Source: Trypanosoma brucei (taxonomy: Eukaryota). Taken from it: DNA of 64,000 nt. The position numbers were made by a program, and so were the translations under genes. Location of the stretch: contig CP000066.1 of the NCBI GenBank assembly GCA_000002445.1, positions 1,184,001 through 1,248,000 on the forward strand, written 5' to 3'. Each line of letters begins with the position of its first letter. Within the stretch, counting starts at the first letter, position 1. Shown one piece after another: positions 43,814 through 53,000 of this stretch. Under the pieces are notes generated by a model. The model searched no databases and was not told the origin of the DNA. It saw only the letters and a program-made list of their open reading frames with translations.

Positions 43814-45331
43814 CTAATATGCTCTGCCTCGGTCAAGATTTGGAGGCGACCACTCATTAACGATAAGTTCGGGGAAAACATTAGGTTTCAAAGTTGAAGT
43901 ACCAAGAAGCATATTGACACACTCTTGGAACCCTTGGGTTATTGCAGGGTAAGCTGTATGGAGCTGACTCAGGTTATAAATCGATTCGCGATTATGAATT
44001 GCCAATGAAGCCAACTCAATAATGCTGCTTGCATGCGGTCCAACAGCTCGCACACCAAGAACCTGCATTTTGTGATCATTTGTAACGATAAGCTTCACAA
44101 AACCGCTCGTATTGCCCATTGCGAGGGCCCGACCCACAAATTCATAACCGTACCTGGCCACCTTGTATGCTATGTGTTCCTTCCTGCATTGTTGCTCATT
44201 GCGACCTACAGCGGCCACCTCCTGATCAAGAAACATAATCGTCGACAGATTGTCCAGGCGTTGAATAAGTTCTCCCTCCGGATATGGACGATACATATGC
44301 TCAATACAGGAACGCGCTTCCAACTCCCCAACGTTAACAAGCGCCACCCTTGAGCCGACATCACCACACGCATAAATATGCTTGTGTGGAACAACGCAAT
44401 AAAACTGGTCACGCTGGATTCGACCCTGCTTCAACTCAACACCGATTTTGTCGAGTCCAATGCTACCCACATTTGGATCCCTTCCTATTGAAACCAACGC
44501 CTTGTCGACCACGTGGTCTGTTAGCCTGTTGTCTCTCAAATCACGCAGCGTGTAACGGAATTGGCCGCCCTCCACCTTGTTGCTTTGCAAAGCAGAATGG
44601 TGGTGAAAATTGACCATCTTTGCCTCCAGGAGCTTCTGAACGAAGAGAGCAACATCATCATCTTCCATTGGCAATATTCGATTAGACTTTTCAATAACAT
44701 TTACTTCGGTAAGTCCAAAGTTCGCAAATATCGATGCAAACTCACATCCTATAACGCCAGCGCCGATAATGACAATGCTTTTCGGAAATGGTTGAGTCAT
44801 TATATCATCGGAAGTGAAGACAACCTCACCGTCGGCAATTACGGAAGCATGTTTACGAGGTTGAGCGCCGCACGCAATGACAAAGTAGTCGGCCCGTACC
44901 TCCTCAATGCCTCCACCCAACAGTTTAACATCGACACTGTGAGGTGACGTAAATGACCCATGACCACATATAACGTCAACGCTAACCTTCTCAAGCTGAT
45001 GAAGAATCTGGCCGTGACGGAACTCTGCTGCGCAATCTATTGATTTCTTAATATTCGAAAAATCAATACATGGGAGAGCTTGACGGCACTTCATAAAACG
45101 ATTGGCGGTTTGGCCGTTCATAAGGCGGACGAATTTTGCCATTTCCCATAACGTCTTCGACTGTAGCGCACCGTTCCAAAGGTCAGCACCTCCAATCCGT
45201 GATGACTCGATTATGCAAGCCCTTTTTCTATAATCCACAGCCCGCAACGCGGCGGCCACTCCTGCAGGTCCTCCCCCTATGACACAAACATCCACATTTT
45301 TCGCCCAGCTGAGCCGGGTTTTAGCAAACAT
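43814..45331 (-). CDS. Dihydrolipoamide-dehydrogenase-like flavoprotein lacking the redox-active disulfide (a 'point-mutant' LipDH paralogue, likely a pseudoenzyme).
   Basis: The 505-aa ORF has an FAD-binding GxGxxG motif (VCVIGGGPAGVAAA), an NAD-binding GxGxxG motif (IIGAGVIGCEF) and a C-terminal dimerisation region with a His...Glu pair. The canonical GGTCLNVGCIPSK active-site box is replaced by GGADLWNGALQSK, so both cysteines are lost. Confidence 0.6.
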   Translation of the reverse strand: MFAKTRLSWAKNVDVCVIGGGPAGVAAALRAVDYRKRACIIESSRIGGADLWNGALQSKTLWEMAKFVRLMNGQTANRFMKCRQALPCIDFSNIKKSIDCAAEFRHGQILHQLEKVSVDVICGHGSFTSPHSVDVKLLGGGIEEVRADYFVIACGAQPRKHASVIADGEVVFTSDDIMTQPFPKSIVIIGAGVIGCEFASIFANFGLTEVNVIEKSNRILPMEDDDVALFVQKLLEAKMVNFHHHSALQSNKVEGGQFRYTLRDLRDNRLTDHVVDKALVSIGRDPNVGSIGLDKIGVELKQGRIQRDQFYCVVPHKHIYACGDVGSRVALVNVGELEARSCIEHMYRPYPEGELIQRLDNLSTIMFLDQEVAAVGRNEQQCRKEHIAYKVARYGYEFVGRALAMGNTSGFVKLIVTNDHKMQVLGVRAVGPHASSIIELASLAIHNRESIYNLSQLHTAYPAITQGFQECVNMLLGTSTLKPNVFPELIVNEWSPPNLDRGRAY

Positions 45332-46711
45332 TAAAATTATTCGGTAAACCTGATACGATAGCAGGGAAATAATTAGCGGAAGTAAGAGTTTTTCTCAGGC
45401 AGAAGCGACAGAAAGTTAAAATACGCAGCTGAGGGTTATCGTAGAGAGTCAGATGAGCACATATATTTATCTTATGGGAAGTCAAATGGCACACACTGAA
45501 GGAAAGCAGCAACACAAACACCCTATTATACCACTTCCTTCCTCTCAGCGGTGCTTCTAAAACCATTCCCCTTCACTCCCTCCTCCTAGAGCGGACGCGA
45601 CCAGGTGCAAGAGAACGAGAAGGAAAGGCGCAGCGGGCAGATCTGGCCATCCGGACGAGAACACACTAAGCATCCTGACTGAAAACGGCGGTGCTAAGCG
45701 ACAGTGAAGGTGAAAAAAAGAACCACAACAGCAGTGTTACAGCAGACAGCGACACGCATGCAAATTTCGCTTTGCAAGTCAAAGGTAATGGGGAGCGAGG
45801 GGAGTTGGCAAGCGTCCACCGGTAGTGTGGAGCGCGAGGCCCGCGCAGTTCGCCCCACCCTCCATTAACCAGGCCAAACGAGCCAAACAAATCGAAAGGG
45901 GGAAAAGCACGACCACTCCTGAGAGCGACAATATTGCACCCAACCCTTCACACACATCCGTACGGAACCGGAGGCTGCATGAAATTCCGCCTACGGTCAG
46001 CCCAGCATCGGGAATATGGCTCAGCACCGCGCACCCAGCGGTCCCGCCCAGCCCCGCAATAATTCTAAGCAGCGGTCACCGCCCCGACGCCCCCATCACA
46101 TACTTCACCGTCCGAAAGCAAGGAAGCGGCCAGACGTACGTTCAGGCGGACGGGCGGCAACATAGCGCACAAAACCCGGGAGGGTAGTTCAACCGAAGGA
46201 AGCAGCTTCCTCCTCCCCCACCGGAGTCGACGTCAGCATCAAACGAGGAGGAAAACAAAGGAAGACCGGCACCATGCGGCCCCTCGAAAAGAGATATGTG
46301 CGGCGGGTGGTCAAAGCACCCGCGCAAGGAACATAATACTGCAAAGGGCTTTTAGCCCTTTAACGGGCGAGCACAGCCGGTCGGGTATATGACGACGGGC
46401 AAGGGGGCGGCGGATCTGTCCCTAAGAAACGCCGAAGCCATCTTTCACACTCCAGTGCCGCAACAACGCGGTTCCCCCGGGAGTGGGTGGGGCCCGTTTC
46501 TCAGCATGATTTTCCCTCGCCCGAACCCCACTTCGGCTCACTGACGAAAGCCTTTCCGCGCACAGACACCAACAAGAAGCACGACGCGGCAGAAAATCGT
46601 CACAGACGACCACGTAACGGTCTAGCGAACCACTTACACAGTTCCCTTCTTCGAGGGGTAATCCCTTCAGAGAGCCCCTCCTCAGCGGATATCACATAAC
46701 CAAGAGCCAGT

Positions 46712-46859
46712 TCAGTGTCTCACGCCCTTGTTTCCTGGGGGGAAAAAAGCATTGGGAGGGGGCGCGCTACTCGACTTCCCCGGCGCTGGTGGTGGTGACA
46801 AAGCGGTGCCCCCTCCCAATGCTTTTTTCCCCCCAGGAAACAAGGGCGTGAGACACTGA
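46712..46859. repeat. Perfect inverted repeat (palindrome) with 52-nt arms (46712-46763 and 46808-46859) separated by a 44-nt spacer.
   Basis: The reverse complement of 46712-46763 (..agtgtctcacgcccttgtttcctggggggaaaaaagcattgggagggggc) equals 46808-46859 exactly, by manual base-by-base comparison. It sits in a GC-rich, ORF-free region. Confidence 0.85.
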
Positions 46860-49523
46860 GGTGAAGGAGAACCTTCTGGATGCCCCTCCGAAGTGACCTG
46901 CTAACGACCCCACCGAATAACCGCCTACAGACCCCACTAATAAGCAACTGCCGCACCTTTTCGTTTGGTAACTGTTGATGCGGAGAGTGCGTTTCAACCC
47001 CAACTCCATTTGGCCTGAGGAAGCGGAAAGCATCATTTTGAAGAGGAGAGAAATGTTGACAAGCGCTGTCGTTCTAAGAGGGCAGGCCTAAATACAGTCA
47101 CTATCGAAGGGAGGGGTCACCTGCATAGAGGGCAAAAAACAAATTTGTTCAAGGAAAACCAACCAATCCGAACGATTTTTGATTCTCAAGGGTAAAAAAT
47201 CATCGATACAGCATCACGGATGATATCTAAATTCTTCCTTCGCGCCGTAAAGGGAACCCATTTGGCATCTCTACTGACATTTTCACTGTGTATTCAAGTC
47301 ATCCGTTATTTGTTTATTTATTTTAGAAACGATACACACTTACAAGCGGAGCGCGGCGTCACGTTTTCACCTTAACTCAGCAAGTGCAGGCCCTCTACAA
47401 CCGGAGGTTTGGAAGGGGGCGTTTCGTTTCGTTTGTGCACACCATCCTGCAGGAAAGCATGCCCCTCCACCCTTTCGTACAAAGGTCCGCGCACCACATA
47501 CAGCAAAACCAAGGGTCGAGCCCCCTCCTCTCCCCAACACACACGTAACATTTCAACATGTCGCTGGAAAATGATGCCCAAGGGCAATATATTGGAGGAG
47601 ATCCATTCCTACCAGTTGGATCACCCGAACCCTAACAAAAGCCGGCCACCTTTCTGGGGAATCAGCCCTTGAGTCACCCTCGGCGGCGGATGCAGGTTCC
47701 CTCGAACGTCAGGGAGGAAATCTGCAAAAAAAAAATGTAGTTTTACTCCACAGATCTCTGAAGGTTGATCAAACACACCGCTGTTGAGTTTTCTTTCTGT
47801 TATACAAATGCCCATCGTTGGTGCCATAACTTTCGCCTCCCCAAAATGGAGTGCGCTCTGATGCCACAGGCGTTCTGAGTTCCGCATCCCTAGCAACGGC
47901 TCCCAACCTATTTTCCGCGTGAGGATGGGCACAATTTCAAGGTCACGCAGAGCATACGCCCATAGTGCCTCTTTATTCTGTTTTCAAGAACACTGCGTTC
48001 GCTGGGGGCTATTACCCACATTAGCTCACCCAGTGGTCTTTGTTCTTCGTCCTTCACTTGAAAAATATCACTCTGGGAGCGCCTTTCCATTTGAGGCGTG
48101 TAGTTGTGTTAATGACCGGTTTATCCGGGACTGTGAAAGAACAGGCTTTGCGATCATGATGAGGGAGGCTAAGATTGGTGTTGATGGGCGGAAAATTCCC
48201 TCGCGATGCCGGCCACCTCATCATGGGTCTAGGGTCCAGTACACCATCTCATCGGGTTAAGCCAAGAGCCAGCAGCGTTCTTCTCCAGGGTAACACTGCT
48301 CTGCCCGGCTGCGGCATCATACAGCACAGGGATCAGCAGCGTCTTGCTGGGACACCGCTTTTCATTTGTCGGTCCCTGGGTGTGTGCCAGTGTGCCATCA
48401 GCGGCAGAACGGATGGTGTTTTCCTTGAAAAAGCTGTGCGTCTATTTTTCCGCAACCGTTTCAGCACTGCGATGGAAAGAATATTGAAAAAAAGTGTTTA
48501 ACAACAAGCTTAAGAGGAAAACTCAGTGATGAACAGTGTTGGCGATGGTGGAATTGTCTGTGCTCGTTGATTGTTGTGTGCATTGTGCGAGTGATAAAAG
48601 CGTGTTTTATCTACATGTTTCTTCCGTGCGTTCGTTTCCTTCAATATTATGCACTCTAGCCTTTAGGCGAAAGCCTAAGCATCCGCGCAGTTTCCGCACA
48701 TACCGCAATTTACACTCGTTATTTTTGGTTGTGTACTCGTTGCCGACGGCTGGAAACTCTGAGTGTGAAGAAATCGGGAATCTCTGTGGGGCCCGTGCTC
48801 TTGGACGTAATCTCACCGTTTGTGAAAAGAGCGCCTTCATTGCGGAGATCGGGTGGCCTAGTGGAATGAAAATGGTCAACACGTACCACTTCCCCCACAC
48901 AGGGACAAAAACGTGGTAGTTCCAGAGAGCGATCTGGGCAACAAATATAACCTTGCACAAGGAAGCTCTTTTTCACGGCATGCGCAACTTTTTTCTTTGT
49001 TTGAAGGATGCGGGTGCAAAGTTCGAACAGGTACGTCAAAGGCTTATGCGGGATGTCACTCTGTCCTTCGAAGGACCTTTCTCGTTCCGATACCAGTGCG
49101 CCAAAAACGAAACTTACGCGGAAACGCCTCCACGCGCAAACCTCTTCTCGCGGCGCCAGCTGTTGGGGAGACGGCAACGTCAACTAAGTAAAGGCCTCAA
49201 ACCCGACGGCAGCGGAACGAAAACAGGAACCGACGCCACGCATTCGGACGCCAGCCCCGGCGCTGCTGACCCGTCTCTTTTGAAGCAACACAAATCAAAA
49301 ATTTAAATAACAAGAACTTTGTCACGAGGTTAATTTTTCTCTCCGGAGCGGTTGTTGATTTAGAGCAGTTGCCTGAAGTCATGGTTAAGGGGTTCGGTTC
49401 CCCGGTCATCTGTCGTTTTTTCCATAAAGCGCTTTTCTCAGAGCCTTCGGCCGGCGTCGTGTAGCATACATAAATATAAGTACGTCAAATTTTAGTAAAT
49501 TTAGTAAAGAGGTCGGCGCACGT

Positions 49524-49604
49524 GTCACCATACCCAAGTGGTTACGGGGACTGACTAGAAATCAGTTGCGATCTCGCGCGCAGGTTCGAATCCTGCTGGT
49601 GACG
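49524..49604 (+). tRNA. tRNA-Ser (anticodon AGA), class II with a long variable arm.
   Basis: Cloverleaf fold: acceptor GTCACCA/TGGTGAC, D-arm CCC-AAGTGGTTAC-GGG, anticodon stem ACTGA/TCAGT with loop CTAGAAA, 13-nt variable arm, T-arm GCAGG-TTCGAAT-CCTGC (B box), discriminator G, followed by T6 at 49605-49610. Confidence 0.88.
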
Positions 49605-49610
49605 TTTTTT
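49605..49610 (+). terminator. Pol III oligo-T terminator for tRNA-Ser(AGA).
   Basis: TTTTTT immediately 3' of the discriminator base. Confidence 0.7.
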
Positions 49611-49809
49611 CGTCAATTCCCCGTGTTCCGCTGCTTTTGTCCAGTCAACTTTTTTCCGTAACAACAGCGATTGGGAATTGGGAAACGGTACGCGCACCAC
49701 AGGCCAGTTGTGACCACCAAGCAACACAGAGACGCCGCGGAGGACGGACAGCGTTGGGCAACACCGCTCCGAAGGGTGAAAACAATCAGCCGATTTGGGT
49801 GCGAAAAAG

Positions 49810-49891
49810 TGACAAGAGTGGGGTTTGAACCCACGCCTACGAATAGAAGAGAACTTGAGTCTCCCGCCTTAGACCACTCGGCCATCTTGCC
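49810..49891 (-). tRNA. tRNA-Leu (anticodon CAA), class II.
   Basis: The reverse complement gives GGCAAGA-TG-GCC-GAGTGGTCTAA-GGC-G-GGAGA-CTCAAGT-TCTCT, a variable hairpin (CTA-TTCG-TAG), GTGGG-TTCAAAC-CCCAC, TCTTGTC and discriminator A. A T5 run on the coding strand (A-run at 49804-49808) follows the 3' end. Confidence 0.88.
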
Positions 49892-49950
49892 ATCGACGGC
49901 CACAACAGATTTGTTTTAGACACTTTTTTTATTTATGCAATGCCAAAAAC

Positions 49951-50031
49951 CGTCACCAGCAGGATTCGAACCTGCGCGCGAGATCGCAACTGATTTCGAG
50001 TCAGTCCCCGTAACCACTTGGGTATGGTGAC
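49951..50031 (-). tRNA. tRNA-Ser (anticodon CGA), class II. It is identical to the plus-strand tRNA-Ser except for a single anticodon base.
   Basis: The reverse complement equals the 49524-49604 sequence except that anticodon loop CTCGAAA replaces CTAGAAA. A T5 run on the coding strand (A-run at 49945-49949) follows the 3' end. Confidence 0.88.
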
Positions 50032-53000
50032 ACCGCCTCGCCACCACCTCTCAAATGCGTTACCCTTGCACAAGCGATCGATGCCGTGATTTTTTTGTGC
50101 GTTTCTGTGCGATGCGGAGTGTGAAGCGGTTGGTGGTGGTTTGCCGTCCTCCAACGGACGGCCGCCAGTCACTTGTCGTATGAGCCGATAAAGCTGCGCC
50201 GGAGTTTTCCTGGAAGTCCTCTCTGAACAATATAACTGTGGGATGTGGACGCAGAAATTTGTAGGGCTTAAAGTCACGGCGTCAAGTTGCAGTGCCAGTC
50301 GTTGATGGGCGGGCCACCATCGGATAAGAAGGGTGGGGGACACTACGCGCCACAGAACAGCACTATGAGACTATAAAAATGAGGTAAAGCCGCACATGAG
50401 CTTGTTGTAGTCACTCAGTTATGTGGTGGAGCGTCTCACGAGTCGGCGCGGTGGCCATGGCAAATGGAAAGGACATTGGATCATCACAGTACCATTACAA
50501 GTGCACATCTTTCGGTGCTTTGTTTTGGAGTTAAAGAAGATGGAAGAGTCGGAAAATTTTCTTCAATTTAACACCACTAACTCAGTGCTCTTGAGCTTCA
50601 CTATCAACAGTTTCCGTTTGTGGCTCGTGTGTCCCAAGTGTCCACAAGGTTTGTACGCCTCGGGCCTCTCGGAACAGTAACGTGCCTGCGGATTGTGGAG
50701 AAAAAGTGGATAGTAAAATTAATGAATGTAGGGAGAACACGCCCTATGTACTGATTTTTTGTGAGCTTTTTTCTCGTGTTAGAGACTCACCCGCTCAAGT
50801 TACTGCATTCTTCAGGCTATGGGGAAGGCCATATTCAAGAAAATTGGCTGTGTGAACAGCAGCTGCCTCTGAATAGAGCAGGTGAATCACCGATTGGGCC
50901 TCCATGACTTTCCCACGGTGGGGAACATAAGAATTCCACATATTAATGTCCACGGAGCCGTGCAGATAGGCGTTTTTATGTTCCTAAAAACCTACTAGCG
51001 TCAACCGTGTTGGCACAACAGCGTTGAAGCCGTCTCTAGAGTCTCCGCTGTGGGGAGTAATCGGCGTTTACTTTCCTGTGAGATGCCCGTTCACCTCCAT
51101 TATTTCACGACATCAAAAAAAAAAACGTTCCAAACTTGGTTATGTGGATACTTAATGTTCAAGGGGTCAAGTACACGGGTCGAAAGTTTCATCGTTTCAA
51201 AAAATTTATTACCAGCAATGTTAGGTGTGTATTGAACTGTTTTTTCCGGGAAAAGTTGGTAAATGAATCTGTCATAGGGAAACTTGCCACCTTCACCAGC
51301 CCATTCTGAACAACAGCCCCCAGCATGTAGATTTTGAAATACGCATTGTTTTCCACGGGATTCGCACCGGTTTCTTCTGCGCGCCTTTGTGTTTTCGCTT
51401 ATCGCTCTGAAAGTCACATTTTTTTGTGGAAACATCTGCATGGTTCCCCTCGATTATTTCTTCGGTCCGGGCGCCGCATGTGCGTGAATTTCTGTCGATG
51501 TGTGTCCCAACAGTTGGATTGCCTCTTCAGTCTTTACTGAACCTTGTTGACTTCTACGTGCGCTGCGTGGGTTGCCTGCAGCGTGCTTAGGGTCATTTTA
51601 CCTTGGGATGCTCTCTGTTCCCGTGCCGAAGTGACGGCTGTAGTTGAACCGTTGTAATGAGCTTAAATGATCCTTTGCTGCGTGTCCAAAATGCTCAAGT
51701 ACTATGGACGCCCCACCCCCTGGGATGAAGTTGCCACACCAAGAGCACCGGCCACGATTACTCGTGCGGATGAAGCCGCGGACTTCCCACCGATTTGAAT
51801 GTCACCGTACTTATGGTCGTGTTGGGCGCCGTTGGCGTCTTACAAGCCACCAGCACTTTGACTCATGATGTTCCAGCGTCTTGTGTTTCATTTCCCGGAG
51901 TACTGGTTTTATCTGCTCTACTATACCAAATGTATGCGGTTGCTGCGATCCACGTGAGAAAATACGAACTGCGGTGCGCACTGCGTAAGTCTGTCTAGTC
52001 AAAGCTTTTATTTGGCCCTTTTCGCCGCATTTTCCGCTTGTAAAAAAAGTTGATCTCGGCACACTTTGTTTTACTTTCTCTAAATATTGCTCCAGTCAAT
52101 ATGTTTGGAGTCTTCTGCAGCCTCTTTCCCTATTTTTGGTGCCTTTGAATATTCTCGTCCAGCTAGTTTTTCTCTTTTTTTATTTTCTCTGGCTAGTCTC
52201 GCCTTTTCTCCTTCATAAATTAACTTATATAATTGGCGTTCTGCAGTTGCAAGTTTGTTGGTACTCTCGTTTATTCCGCTGCTTTTCTGGAGTATATCTT
52301 CCCTCCATCCTCATTTTTCCTACGTTCTCGTTTTTGCTGGACCACTGTAGTTGAACGCCGTTGTAATTTTCCTAACATCTGTTGAAACCCATTGAAACTT
52401 CATTGTGATCTCCACTCTCATATAGGTTGTGAAATTTGACAAGTCTTCTAAACATCGACTCACTGCCTTCGTTCGTGTCGGTTTCACGGGTATTGTGTCG
52501 CTTCAGTGGTGCAACCTGGCACTTGTGCGTGCGTGTCTGCTAAAAAATTTGTTTTCTCAACACAGAGAAGTGCTGGCATGGACTAGGTGCGTGGTGAAAC
52601 TACTAACCTACGTTGTTTTATTTTTTTTTGTTAAGTTATAAAAGGAAATCTGGAAAATTTGAAAGGTTATAAGATTCTGGCACAGTTGCCTCCTTTGTGT
52701 CTCCGATGTGCTGGTCAAGTCCTCCATGACTGTGCTCAACTGAATCAAGTATCATCTCTAAGTTTAGAAACGTCGCTACGATTCAAGAAAATGGCTTTCC
52801 CCCAGTTTGATTGCTTTTGCCGCTTCGGAAATGAAGTTGGTGGTGGCCGTCCATGGTCGAAACCTTTACTGGCGTATGCGTTTCTGCCCTTCCAAGCAGT
52901 CAAGTCGCTGAGCTACCACTCACCCCCTATTACGTTGCACACTCCATAGTAATGTCAGGGCCCATATTCCAGATGAGAGGGAAAACCGAGCGTGTTCATC

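Noticed and set aside
47900-49310. A cluster of 100-155-aa ORFs on both strands in the gene desert (47919..48260, 48175..48501, 48536..48919, 48953..49306 on plus; 48719..49183 on minus).
   Set aside because: They overlap one another in different frames, have no recognisable motifs and have unremarkable composition. At best they are decayed pseudogene or retroposon fragments, which I cannot show without searches.
49400-49436. A T-arm-like GGGG-TTCGGTT-CCCC hairpin plus T6 as a fourth tRNA gene.
   Set aside because: No complementary acceptor or D/anticodon arms could be built and the T-loop is non-canonical. It is kept only as a low-confidence small-RNA candidate in the findings.
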